Of a stretch of 64,000 nucleotides of DNA, positions 1 through 9,504 are shown one piece after another. The DNA comes from a virus. Position numbers and translations under genes: made by a program. How positions within the stretch are numbered: the stretch's first letter is position 1; each line of letters opens with the position of its first letter. The notes beneath the pieces are model-generated. The model had not been told where the DNA came from. It searched no databases and saw nothing but the letters and a program-made list of their open reading frames with translations. The stretch covers positions 7,532-71,531 of IMG/VR virus record IMGVR_UViG_3300011116_000673; one strand, written 5' to 3'.

Positions 1-156
1 GTTAGAAAAGCATTTGAAAAAGAATTAAATGTTTTTGAAGGTGTATTTGATGTGTATGTTCCCATGGGTTCTAGAATTCCAGTGGGTGATCGTCGTGTCA
101 TCGTTGGCGTAGGTGCTGTATTATTGAGTGTCCCAGTTCGCGTGCGAGTTGGGTAA
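1..156 (+). CDS. 3' end of a hypothetical protein with hydrophobic C-terminus (partial)
   Basis: Frame 1 is open from the window edge: VRKAFEKELNVFEGVFDVYVPMGSRIPVGDRRVIVGVGAVLLSVPVRVRVG*. Confidence 0.6.
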   Translation, partial: VRKAFEKELNVFEGVFDVYVPMGSRIPVGDRRVIVGVGAVLLSVPVRVRVG

Positions 157-269
157 GGTTAATCATCTACAATCGCGTTAGAGGCCTCTAGGAGGCTATT
201 ACAGGCGACAAAATACCACATGGGCTACTTGATAGCGGACTTTATCAAAACGAGCGTATATGGAGTTTT

Positions 270-434
270 ATGGAAAATCTTAAAAAAGAGTTAAAAGGTC
301 TGATTTGGACTTTAGCCGGAACTGGGTTGGTGCTAATCACCCTATCTGGAAGTACTCGTACAACTGGTATTTGGATCAGTATTGCTGCTATAGTGCTCTC
401 ACTAGGAAGTGCGTATTTATCTAAAGACGAGTAA
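270..434 (+). CDS. small membrane protein (54 aa, not in ORF track)
   Basis: GGAG RBS; MENLKKELKGLIWTLAGTGLVLITLSGSTRTTGIWISIAAIVLSLGSAYLSKDE; two hydrophobic segments. Confidence 0.65.
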   Translation: MENLKKELKGLIWTLAGTGLVLITLSGSTRTTGIWISIAAIVLSLGSAYLSKDE

Positions 435-440
435 GGATGC

Positions 441-1523
441 ATGAAACGGAACACAATAGGTTTTTTAACGCACGATTGGGCATTCGGAACAAAACCACTA
501 CAACCTAACGGATGCGCTTGGTACAGATGTTTGCTACCAATGCGGGAATTAGAAAAGCACGGTTGGAGAGTTGGCATTGGTTTGCCACAGTTCAATAAAC
601 AACACGGCTTTGGAATGATTTTAAATGAGAACCAGGCCGTACATGGTTGGGATATTTTGGTGTTTAAACTTCTTATGAGAAAAGAAGTGGCATCAGCAAT
701 GCCAATTGCTAAAGCCCTTGGTCAAAAGATTGTTGTAGACATTGATGACTTTTTTGATGGTCTAGACGAAACTAACCAAGCTTATGCTGTCACTGACCCA
801 AAAAGAAATTCAGAAAACAACAGAGAACATTACAACTCTATTATTGCCCAAGCAGATGCGATAGTAACATCAACACCATTTTTGTACGAGTATTACAAAG
901 CAAAATATAAAAATGTTTATCTTGTACGCAACGGTATTGATTTACCTCGGTGGGTGCGCAGAAAAGACAGAGCAGCAAGTAGACCGACAATAGGTTGGGT
1001 AGGTGCAACTCCTTGGAGGTCTAGAGATTTAGAAACTCTATCTTCTTGGATTGGTCCGTTTATGAAAAAAAACAATTTATTGTTTCACCACTCTGGGCAC
1101 ACTAGAAATTCTCCGTTAGCTAGAGATCAATTAAAGATAGACAAACAACGATGCACGGAAACTCCGCTATGCCCAATTAGGGAATATCCCAAGCTATTTA
1201 ACAAGATAGATATTGGGATTGTTCCGCTAAATGATTTGCCGTTTAACCACGCTAAGTCTTACATCAAAGGACTTGAGTACGCCGCTTCTGGGGTTCCATT
1301 TGTATCTTCTTATTCTCCTGAGTACGAGTATCTAGCAGACGCTGGTATTGGCAGAGTGGCTCGTAGTGCTGAAGAATGGCAATACCATTTAAAAGAATTG
1401 ATCAACCCACAACTTCGTAAAGATGAAGCCGACGTCAATTACGAAATATTAAAAGAAAACTTTACAATGACCCAAACTGGTGCCGATTGGCACGAGGTAA
1501 TGCTTAAAATACTAGCTTTGTAG
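441..1523 (+). CDS. glycosyltransferase, GT-B/GT4-like
   Basis: DIDD, ADAIVTST, NGID, IGWVG and DIGIVPL...KSYIKGLEYAASGVPFVSS motifs. Confidence 0.85.
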   Translation: MKRNTIGFLTHDWAFGTKPLQPNGCAWYRCLLPMRELEKHGWRVGIGLPQFNKQHGFGMILNENQAVHGWDILVFKLLMRKEVASAMPIAKALGQKIVVDIDDFFDGLDETNQAYAVTDPKRNSENNREHYNSIIAQADAIVTSTPFLYEYYKAKYKNVYLVRNGIDLPRWVRRKDRAASRPTIGWVGATPWRSRDLETLSSWIGPFMKKNNLLFHHSGHTRNSPLARDQLKIDKQRCTETPLCPIREYPKLFNKIDIGIVPLNDLPFNHAKSYIKGLEYAASGVPFVSSYSPEYEYLADAGIGRVARSAEEWQYHLKELINPQLRKDEADVNYEILKENFTMTQTGADWHEVMLKILAL

Positions 1524-1543
1524 ATTGTTCTATAATATGAGCC

Positions 1544-2167
1544 ATGGCTAGAAAAAGAGGAATCAACCCTGACGCTCTTAGCCGTATTAGAGCTGCCCGT
1601 GCTATGACTAACGTGCAAGACTCTAAAGATTCTTTTTCCCTTTCGTCTGACGAAACTAAAGAAGCTTTGTTTTACCCTGAAGAAAGGTTTGATCCATGGG
1701 TAGCTGCCACACGTGGTCATGACAATGAAGATCCTAGTCAATTAGGTGAACGAACCAACGGTCAAGACAGTACAAGACTATTGTCTGCCCAATATTTTTT
1801 TAATAAAGAAACTCTGGTTGGAGATATTTATATAAACTTTAGAGGAAAAAAAAATAGAGAAAATGGTACTTATTACGTGTTTAATAATGTTCCAGCGTTT
1901 GTTGCAAAACGCTACATGACCGCATTATCTAAAGGTAAATCTTTTAATACAATGGGTTTATCTGGTGGGTACACGAGAGATGAAAGTAAATATAAGTTGG
2001 AACCAGCCACTCCATTTGGCGAAAAAATACAAAAAGGTAATTATGGAAACGTTCCTCCAATACCTGGAATACCAAGGGCAAACCCTCTTTCCGAAGAGTC
2101 TTTTGAGTCAGGTCTTGGTATACCACAACAATCAGATGAAGGACCAGCGCAAGGAAAACTGTTTTAA
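1544..2167 (+). CDS. KTSC-like domain protein
   Basis: IYINF...YYVFNNVP...YMTALSKGKSFN resembles the KTSC domain; C-terminus QGKLF. Confidence 0.5.
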   Translation: MARKRGINPDALSRIRAARAMTNVQDSKDSFSLSSDETKEALFYPEERFDPWVAATRGHDNEDPSQLGERTNGQDSTRLLSAQYFFNKETLVGDIYINFRGKKNRENGTYYVFNNVPAFVAKRYMTALSKGKSFNTMGLSGGYTRDESKYKLEPATPFGEKIQKGNYGNVPPIPGIPRANPLSEESFESGLGIPQQSDEGPAQGKLF

Positions 2168-2187
2168 CTAACGCTAGGCTACACAAC

Positions 2188-2463
2188 ATGTCTATTAACA
2201 CGGTTCACGGTTTTTGGTTTGTTTATTGGATAGTTCGTGATACCGCAGTTAAGTCTACGCCCAGATTAGCTATCGGTTGGCTTCGAGAACTAGGTGGTTA
2301 TTGGCGTGTAGGAAAAGGAATTCAATTTAAAACAGGGAAATACATTACACAAATTGGCATTTGCAAAAAACGAGAATTCACAAATGAAGAAGAAGGAACA
2401 CTAAGCGTCCTTGAGGGTAGGATGATGGCAACACCTACTAGTGAGATTGGAGATTGGCGTTGA
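2188..2463 (+). CDS. hypothetical protein
   Basis: ORF with TAGGCT 7 nt before the ATG. Confidence 0.6.
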   Translation: MSINTVHGFWFVYWIVRDTAVKSTPRLAIGWLRELGGYWRVGKGIQFKTGKYITQIGICKKREFTNEEEGTLSVLEGRMMATPTSEIGDWR

Positions 2464-2708
2464 GATTGTTTAAGACCAACAAGTTGTTGACTGAAGAAAA
2501 GGAAAGAACCCGTGCACAGATGCGTGCGGAAAGATTAGACACTTCTTCGTTATACACATGGATGGACAACTCCATCATGTCCTTGGGTGCTTCTTTTGAT
2601 AATTGGCGTTTTAAAGATGCGCCAGCATCAGAAGTTGCTTCATGCATAGAAGCCATTGCTGTGGTATGGTCGGAAATTGAAAAGAGGAAAAATGACCGAC
2701 ACAAGTAG
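2454..2708 (+). CDS. hypothetical protein
   Basis: ORF overlapping both neighbours in operon fashion. Confidence 0.55.
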   Translation: MALRLFKTNKLLTEEKERTRAQMRAERLDTSSLYTWMDNSIMSLGASFDNWRFKDAPASEVASCIEAIAVVWSEIEKRKNDRHK

Positions 2709-2943
2709 ATCACCAGAAGAATTAAAAATGGACAAGGTTGTAGCAATGCTACGTAAAATGGCAAACGACATTGGATCGTTTCCTCGCAACAACATCATTA
2801 AACGAGAAGACTATCGTTTAATTGCTGACGTTGACGACCTTTACAACTTTTTAATTTGCGTTGAAGACCTTTACGAATACCACAAGGGTTTGGTACGTCC
2901 AACGGAAGTACATCCAGACCAACTATCACTATTTGAGATGTAG
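2692..2943 (+). CDS. hypothetical protein with C-terminal QLSLF
   Basis: AGAGGA RBS before ATG 2692; ends HPDQLSLFEM. Confidence 0.6.
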   Translation: MTDTSRSPEELKMDKVVAMLRKMANDIGSFPRNNIIKREDYRLIADVDDLYNFLICVEDLYEYHKGLVRPTEVHPDQLSLFEM

Positions 2944-2958
2944 TGTATCCTTGTATGA

Positions 2959-4515
2959 ATGAGCGAAACACTAACTGACGAACAATTACCTGAGGATTTA
3001 GTTGAAGAATTAGACGAAACCTCGGCTGAATTTGTAGAGCAACTCGTCACAAAATTGGTTTTGTTCACAGAGCAGTTCTGTGATGTTGAGTTTTTTCCTT
3101 ATCAAATTCCCATTGCTTATCGGGTAATTGAGTCTATCGTATTGGGTGACGGCGAAGAAATAACGTTGGTTGCAACTCGCCAAAGCGGTAAATCAGAAGT
3201 TATTTCTAACGTGCTTGCATCAATGATGGTCATTCTTCCAAAACTGGCTCCTGTATACCCAACGTGGTTGTCCAAGTTTAGTAAAGGGTTTTGGTGCGGT
3301 GTATTTGCTCCAGTTGAAGACCAAGCCGACACGGTGTTTAGTCGCATAGTTAATCGTTTAACATCCGATCACGCTTTGACATTCTTGCTAGACCCAGAAA
3401 TTGATGACACTACAAAAGCTGGTGGTACACGAGGCAAAGGAAAGATTCTGGCTTTAAAAAATGCTGGGTCGTTGTGTCGTATGCAAACTTGTAACCCCAA
3501 AGCCAAGATTGAATCTAAAACATATCACTTTGTGCTAATTGACGAAGCTCAAGAAGCCGACGAATATGTAATTGCTAAGTCCATTAAACCAATGTTGGCG
3601 TTTAACAACGGAAGCATCATGTTGACTGGTACGGCTTCCCGAACCAAATCTTATTTTTACAAGATGATTCAATACAACAAACGACGGATGACCAGTAGCA
3701 AAAAAAGTATGCGAGAGTGTCACTTTGAATACGATTGGCGAGTTGCTTCTAAGTACAACCAGAACTATTTAAAGTTCATTGCCAAAGAAAAATTGAGAAT
3801 TGGCGAAGATTCTGACGAGTTTCAAATGTCCTACTGCAATCGTTGGATGCTTGAGAAGGGTATGTTTGTTACCGAAGAACGAATGGAACGTCTATACGAA
3901 CCATCCATGCCGTTAGTCAAACAATGGTGGAGAACTCCTGTAGTTGCAGGAATTGACGTGGCTAGGTCCAACGACTCTACGGTAGTGACTGTTGTGTGGG
4001 TGGACTGGGATCATCCAGATCCGTTTGGTTTTTACGAACACAGAATCTTGAATTGGTTAGAAATAAATGACCAGGAATGGGAAAGTCAGTACTTTCAAAT
4101 TGTTGATTTTTTGCGCAATTACGAAGTTTGCAAAGTTGCTGTAGATGCCCAAGGCGTTGGTGGAGCCGTTGCCGAACGTTTACAAATCCTATTGCCCCAC
4201 ATAGAAGTCACAGCAGCATCATCTGATTCAAAAAGCCAAAACGAAAGATGGGTTCATTTAACAGAATTAATCCAAAGAGAACAACTTATTATTCCAGGTC
4301 ACTCAAAAGCCCGACGCACTAAATCATGGAAACGTTTTAACCAACAAATGAATGATTTGGAAAAAGTTTATAAAGGTCCGTATATGTTGGCAGAAGCCCC
4401 AGACGAAAAGGGAGCTTTTGACGACTACCCAGATTCCCTTGCTTTGGCGTGCTCTACAACCCTGCATGACACAATGCCTACAATCCAAGTTGGGGAAAAC
4501 CCGTTCTTTAAATAA
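2959..4515 (+). CDS. terL: terminase large subunit
   Basis: Walker A ATRQSGKS, Walker B FVLIDEAQ, LTGT coupling motif, nuclease GIDVA and DDYPDS. Confidence 0.93.
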   Translation: MSETLTDEQLPEDLVEELDETSAEFVEQLVTKLVLFTEQFCDVEFFPYQIPIAYRVIESIVLGDGEEITLVATRQSGKSEVISNVLASMMVILPKLAPVYPTWLSKFSKGFWCGVFAPVEDQADTVFSRIVNRLTSDHALTFLLDPEIDDTTKAGGTRGKGKILALKNAGSLCRMQTCNPKAKIESKTYHFVLIDEAQEADEYVIAKSIKPMLAFNNGSIMLTGTASRTKSYFYKMIQYNKRRMTSSKKSMRECHFEYDWRVASKYNQNYLKFIAKEKLRIGEDSDEFQMSYCNRWMLEKGMFVTEERMERLYEPSMPLVKQWWRTPVVAGIDVARSNDSTVVTVVWVDWDHPDPFGFYEHRILNWLEINDQEWESQYFQIVDFLRNYEVCKVAVDAQGVGGAVAERLQILLPHIEVTAASSDSKSQNERWVHLTELIQREQLIIPGHSKARRTKSWKRFNQQMNDLEKVYKGPYMLAEAPDEKGAFDDYPDSLALACSTTLHDTMPTIQVGENPFFK

Positions 4516-4555
4516 TGGTATTCTTTAATATCCGATTAACTCTAAGGAGTGACAC

Positions 4556-4963
4556 ATGACAGTATCACCAGCACCTATGTTCCCAGAAGTAGGTCGTAAC
4601 GAAATTATGTTTGAAGGCGAGTACGCCCCAAGCATTCCAGGCAACAAGGGTCCGCTTCGCTTTGAAGAAGGCGTTGCTACAGACACCGACGTTCCAAACG
4701 ACTTTGCTAAAGGCGCATACGAGGACACAGCCCCATCGCCAATGCGAATGAACCAGAACAACCCGGAGATGTTCTACAAGCATGCCGCAGACACTATGCG
4801 CGAGCGTGCACACGTAGGTTCAGCTTCGTGGGTTGAAGCACCATCGGTGCTCAGCGAGTTTGTGGAAGGTGCTATGGCTGGCGACGACATGCCGAAGTGG
4901 GAATATTCCTACAACAGCGGTGGCCACATGAACCGTCCAAACGTAACTGTTGTTAGCGACTAA
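4556..4963 (+). CDS. hypothetical, probable virion protein
   Basis: AAGGAG RBS; lies directly after terminase. Confidence 0.6.
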   Translation: MTVSPAPMFPEVGRNEIMFEGEYAPSIPGNKGPLRFEEGVATDTDVPNDFAKGAYEDTAPSPMRMNQNNPEMFYKHAADTMRERAHVGSASWVEAPSVLSEFVEGAMAGDDMPKWEYSYNSGGHMNRPNVTVVSD

Positions 4964-4965
4964 CA

Positions 4966-5499
4966 ATGGAAGGCGGAACAGCTTCCGCATCTGAGTCCGG
5001 CGGTCTTGAATCTGGAGACAGCGGTCTCACAGGAACGCAAGAACTATCTGAAAGCATTGCTCAAACTTATGGGCTAAGTCCCGTAGGTGCGTTTAACCCA
5101 CGAGGTTATAAAAGCAGAAAAGGTATTTTTCAAACTCTTGTTTTGCGTACCCCACCAGCATCTGCTGAGTTGCGAGAACGACGACACCCGTTTGTCCTTA
5201 ACTCGTATTTAAAAAATACACTTGGCGTTTCGGTTTACCAACCAACTGGCTATGCTATGCCAAAGAACTTAGCGGGTTCGGGTTTACAACCAACTGCTCT
5301 ATCTAATCAACAGTTTTCAGAAGAACCTGTGGACCCAGTTGATTCCGCATTTGGTACACAGTCTCCGCATTTGGATTCGGGTGTTCGTGACGTTGACCGA
5401 CCAGAAGAAGAAGGCCGCTTAAGCAAAGAAACAGATCTTCGTAGGCGTGCATTGCACGTTGAAAAAGGTCGCAAAGACAAATACGACTACGGGAGCTAA
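4966..5499 (+). CDS. hypothetical low-complexity protein
   Basis: ORF tightly packed between neighbours. Confidence 0.55.
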   Translation: MEGGTASASESGGLESGDSGLTGTQELSESIAQTYGLSPVGAFNPRGYKSRKGIFQTLVLRTPPASAELRERRHPFVLNSYLKNTLGVSVYQPTGYAMPKNLAGSGLQPTALSNQQFSEEPVDPVDSAFGTQSPHLDSGVRDVDRPEEEGRLSKETDLRRRALHVEKGRKDKYDYGS

Positions 5500-5503
5500 T
5501 CAT

Positions 5504-6580
5504 ATGGATGGAGAAAAACAAACACAAATAGAACGTAACTTGTCTCAAATATCGCCTAGAGACATAGAAAAAGTTGATTTAGCAGACGCCGAAGGTTTAT
5601 TTTCTCACGTATCTAGAAATACCTTTCATCCGGTAACTGGTAAGCCAGGAAGTGAAGATCCAAAATTTCTATCAGGCAGTGTTAAGTGGGATAAAGCAGA
5701 ACACTCTCAAAACGAAATTATAAAAAATGTTCGTTTAAAGGGAATGTATTTAGTAGCGGCTGGAAAACACGGAACTAAAAACGTGTGTTGTGCAGCAGGT
5801 AATTGTTCAGGACCTTGTATTGATGAACAGGGTAGGTTGCCCAAGTATTTGGCAAACATGATGGCTAGAAACACCATGATTGAAAAGTATCCTGTGGAAT
5901 CAATGGCTTTAATTGCGCACGAAGCGCATACGTTTTTTAATAAGACCATAAGAAAAGGATTACATCCATCACTTAGGTTAGATGGAACTTCAGAATTGCA
6001 CATAGACAACATGGAAATAGGAGATTATATATACGGTGGTAAAGGTGGTAAATATCAAGAAACACACAAGTCTGGAATCTTCAAAGGAATGCCAATGGCT
6101 TCGGGCAGTGAATATGGTAAAAGATATGCTTTGGCATCTAGGGGAGGTAGACCCACACCACAGTCGCGTCAATCAAATGTTGTTCGGCAAGACAGTTGGA
6201 GCGAACACTTAACTGACAAAAGATCTGAAGAGTTACGTTCTGAAGGACGTTCAATTGCAGTGCCAATGATTAACTACGGCACATCAAAAAAACCTCATCC
6301 TCTTCCGTCACACATTGACGTAAATTTAAAACGAGAAGACGGTGGGGGACGCACTACTTCTTCGTGGCCAGCTGTTGATTATGATTTAGACGATTTTAGA
6401 TTCTTGCAACCAGGGCAGCCATCTGTTGGAGCGTTAAGAGCTAAGACTCCTTCATATGGTCATAAATTGTCAGAAAAAGCACTAAGACAAGCAGATAACT
6501 TTTTGCTTCCACATTACCCTTCCGCTGGTGCAACCATTCCTGTAAGCTTTAGACGAAGGCCGTCAAGGAAGCAGATGTAA
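5504..6580 (+). CDS. GP88-like Cys-motif protein
   Basis: NVCCAAGNCSGPC and LRLDGTSEL motifs as in phage gene-88-like proteins. Confidence 0.5.
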   Translation: MDGEKQTQIERNLSQISPRDIEKVDLADAEGLFSHVSRNTFHPVTGKPGSEDPKFLSGSVKWDKAEHSQNEIIKNVRLKGMYLVAAGKHGTKNVCCAAGNCSGPCIDEQGRLPKYLANMMARNTMIEKYPVESMALIAHEAHTFFNKTIRKGLHPSLRLDGTSELHIDNMEIGDYIYGGKGGKYQETHKSGIFKGMPMASGSEYGKRYALASRGGRPTPQSRQSNVVRQDSWSEHLTDKRSEELRSEGRSIAVPMINYGTSKKPHPLPSHIDVNLKREDGGGRTTSSWPAVDYDLDDFRFLQPGQPSVGALRAKTPSYGHKLSEKALRQADNFLLPHYPSAGATIPVSFRRRPSRKQM

Positions 6581-6581
6581 T

Positions 6582-6794
6582 ATGACTGATGCTTGGGCAA
6601 TAGTTATCGCTGCATCCATTCCTGTTTTGGCTACAGGCATTGGTTGGGTTATAAGACTTATAAGTTCCCTTGCAAAAACAAACAGGGATGACCACAATAA
6701 AGTTATGGAAGAAATGCAGGTTTTGTCTAAAGGCATTAAGAAAGTTAATAAGAAATTAGATAGACACATAGATTGGCACATGGATGAAAAATAA
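6582..6794 (+). CDS. membrane protein (lysis module)
   Basis: N-terminal TM helix, coiled coil, ends RHIDWH. Confidence 0.6.
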   Translation: MTDAWAIVIAASIPVLATGIGWVIRLISSLAKTNRDDHNKVMEEMQVLSKGIKKVNKKLDRHIDWHMDEK

Positions 6795-7086
6795 AGATTT
6801 GATTGTAAATGTCCTTCTTAGGATTCTTGCAACCTTTGCCGCATCTGGTTTGGGTGTGATTGGTGCAGGCGCAATTGCCGGAGTTCCTTTGTGGAAAGCC
6901 TGTTTTATGGCTGGTATCGCTGGTGTTGCTTTTGTTGTAGAAGGATTGTCTCGCTCTTTCCTAGACGATGGAAAACTTACACTTTCAGAAATTAATGACG
7001 TTTTCAACAAAGTTGACGGCAAAGAGTCTGCAGTAAAAGAAGAACCAAAGAAAACAGTTAAACCTAAAACAAAGGATGTACAATGA
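6784..7086 (+). CDS. putative holin
   Basis: Hydrophobic helices, charged C-tail, immediately upstream of endolysin. Confidence 0.6.
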   Translation: MKNKDLIVNVLLRILATFAASGLGVIGAGAIAGVPLWKACFMAGIAGVAFVVEGLSRSFLDDGKLTLSEINDVFNKVDGKESAVKEEPKKTVKPKTKDVQ

Positions 7087-7850
7087 GTAAAGTTGCATGG
7101 GATTACATCGTTCCTATTGTCATGCCCAAAGATCTTAAAGGAGTTGAACCTGGAAAATTGCCCGAATCTTTACTTAGACCAATCCCAGGAGGAGGAAAAC
7201 TCCACTGGCTTGCAGCAAACGCATGGAACGCAATGGTCGCCAAAGCCAAAGCAGACGGACTTGAACTCAAGCCGACATCATCGGGCGACCTCTATCGCTC
7301 TTACGAGTCGCAACTGGCAAGTTTTAAGCAGCGCTACGTATTGGAAAAAATTGAAGGAACAAGCACAAAATCATTTGAAGGAAAAACCTGGTACCTAAAA
7401 AAAGGTATGGCAATGCTCGCCACTCCAGGAAAATCAAACCATAATCTTGGTATTGCTGTTGATGTTCATTCAGCAGGAGAGCCAAAGCGTCTTAACTGGT
7501 TGATTGCAAACGTTAAAGATTTTGGATTTTCATGGGAAGTGGTTCCAAGTGAGCCATGGCATCTGCGCTATGTATGTGGTGATACACCTCCTCCAGCCGT
7601 CGTTGCTTTTACTAGCGGACAACCAGCACCTGCAGCAAGTGCGGTAGAAACACCAACAACTGACGCTCCTAAAGATGCAAATAAAGAACTTCAACAAGCC
7701 CTTAAAGACAAGGGTTTTTATAACGGTGCAATTGATGGAGACCTTGGTCCAAAGACGCAAGAAGCAATCAAAGCATTTAAAGTTGCAAACAAACTCAATG
7801 CCGATTCAGTAGTTGGTCCAAAAGTTAAGGAACTACTAAACCTTAAATAG
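7083..7850 (+). CDS. endolysin: M15 (VanY-like) peptidase plus peptidoglycan-binding domain
   Basis: YRSYESQ, SNHNLGIAVD, EPWH; C-terminal LQQAL...DGDLGPKT...ADSVVGP. Confidence 0.88.
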   Translation: MSKVAWDYIVPIVMPKDLKGVEPGKLPESLLRPIPGGGKLHWLAANAWNAMVAKAKADGLELKPTSSGDLYRSYESQLASFKQRYVLEKIEGTSTKSFEGKTWYLKKGMAMLATPGKSNHNLGIAVDVHSAGEPKRLNWLIANVKDFGFSWEVVPSEPWHLRYVCGDTPPPAVVAFTSGQPAPAASAVETPTTDAPKDANKELQQALKDKGFYNGAIDGDLGPKTQEAIKAFKVANKLNADSVVGPKVKELLNLK

Positions 7851-7900
7851 ACATTACAACAGTCGTTGCTTAACCCGCACAATGTTGCTAGTATGCGTTT

Positions 7901-8044
7901 ATGAAAACTTCTGACATTGACCTAATCGTTTACTTTCTACGCAAAGTCTATCCAGGTAAAATGGAAGAAGAAACACTGGTAAATTTAATAGATAAACTAC
8001 TCTTGGAAAAGAAAAACAGGTTGGCTAAAAAGGAAGCAAAATGA
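7901..8044 (+). CDS. small hypothetical protein (not in ORF track)
   Basis: MKTSDIDLIVYFLRKVYPGKMEEETLVNLIDKLLLEKKNRLAKKEAK*; TGC-TAGTAT 6 nt upstream; ATGA overlap with next gene. Confidence 0.55.
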   Translation: MKTSDIDLIVYFLRKVYPGKMEEETLVNLIDKLLLEKKNRLAKKEAK

Positions 8045-8328
8045 CAAAAAGTACACAACAAGAAACTTTGTTATCCAAACTGTCTTCTCTATCCAAGTGT
8101 GTTGATGCTCCTTGCCCCATAGGTAAATTGCACAAATCATTAGACAAAGAAACAGCATTGGCTTTGCTTACAGCATTACAAAGTCCAGCGTCTTCTAAGT
8201 CTATTCATCAAGCGTTAATAGACGAAGGTTATTCAATATCACGAACAACAATTAACCAACGTCGTCAATGTTTTAAATCCGGTACGGACAAATCATGTTT
8301 GTGCTTCCCTAACAACCTGGAGAAATAA
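8041..8328 (+). CDS. hypothetical Cys-containing, HTH-like protein
   Basis: SSKSIHQALIDEGYSISRTTINQRRQC resembles an HTH; precedes the phosphoesterase. Confidence 0.5.
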   Translation: MTKSTQQETLLSKLSSLSKCVDAPCPIGKLHKSLDKETALALLTALQSPASSKSIHQALIDEGYSISRTTINQRRQCFKSGTDKSCLCFPNNLEK

Positions 8329-8329
8329 C

Positions 8330-9499
8330 ATGGGAAAATTACAAGAAAAACTCAACAACATCAGCAGTGAACAAGAAGCTAAGAAGAGGAAAGAAAAGCT
8401 AATTGATGCATTGGCAGATGTGCTTGTTGAAAAGAACATTGATCTTGCTGAGTTAGGTGACTTAAAAAAAGTTACAGTTACACAAAAATTCAGTAAGGAC
8501 AAAGAAGGTGAACCACAAACTCAAGAGACTGTAGTCGTACAGCTTTCTCCAAAATGGGAAGCTGGACCAGAATGGCCAGTAGTTAAACAAGGTCCATCTT
8601 TTAAATTACCAATTAGTAAAGCTTCCGCTAAACCAGCAGTTGGCTTTAAAACCTGTGTTGTTGTTCCCGATTTGCAGATTGGATTTTATCGTGGCAGGTC
8701 TGGTGAACTAGAGCCAACTCATGATGAGAAAGCAATAGCTGTTTCAGTAGCAATCATCAAGGCAGTAAAGCCAGATGTCATTGTTTGCGTTGGTGACAAC
8801 TTAGATTTACCAGAAATGGGTAAGTACCTTACGTACCCAGCGTATGCGCAAACTACACAAGCATCTGTTGACAGAGCAACAGAGTTTTGTGCGGAGATGC
8901 GAAACGCAGCACCAAATGCTCAGATAGTTTGGTTGGCAGGTAATCACGAAGAGAGAATGCCTAAGTATCTTCTTACTAATGCTGGAGCAGCATATGGCTT
9001 GAGGAGAGGAAACGTTCCAGAATCTTGGCCAGTATTAAGCGTTCCCTATCTTTGCAGAATGGATGAATTTGGTGTTGAGTACCGACCAGGGTATCCCGCA
9101 TCTGACTTTTGGATAAATGAAAAGTTACGAGTAATACATGGAGATAGAGTTAAATCATCAGGATCAACAGCACACGTTTATTTAAATGCGGAGAAAACGA
9201 GCGTAATTTATGGACACATTCACAGAATTGAAACTGCGTATAAGACTAGAGAGGACTTTGATGGTCCTCGCACAATCATGGCGGCGTCGCCTGGCTGTCT
9301 CGCTCGTATTGATGGCGCTATCCCTTCTACTAAAGGTGGCGTAGATTTAGACGGTAGACCATTGACTCGCTACGAAAACTGGCAACAAGGTCTTGGCATA
9401 GTTACCTACGAAGACACTGGTATGCATAAGTTTGCTTACGAAGTAATTCCAATTTATGATGGTTGGGCAATGTACCACGGCAAAGAGTACAGTGCGTAA
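8330..9499 (+). CDS. calcineurin-like metallophosphoesterase
   Basis: PDLQ, GDNLD, GNHE, HGD and GHIHR motifs. Confidence 0.85.
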   Translation: MGKLQEKLNNISSEQEAKKRKEKLIDALADVLVEKNIDLAELGDLKKVTVTQKFSKDKEGEPQTQETVVVQLSPKWEAGPEWPVVKQGPSFKLPISKASAKPAVGFKTCVVVPDLQIGFYRGRSGELEPTHDEKAIAVSVAIIKAVKPDVIVCVGDNLDLPEMGKYLTYPAYAQTTQASVDRATEFCAEMRNAAPNAQIVWLAGNHEERMPKYLLTNAGAAYGLRRGNVPESWPVLSVPYLCRMDEFGVEYRPGYPASDFWINEKLRVIHGDRVKSSGSTAHVYLNAEKTSVIYGHIHRIETAYKTREDFDGPRTIMAASPGCLARIDGAIPSTKGGVDLDGRPLTRYENWQQGLGIVTYEDTGMHKFAYEVIPIYDGWAMYHGKEYSA

Positions 9500-9504
9500 C
9501 ATAC

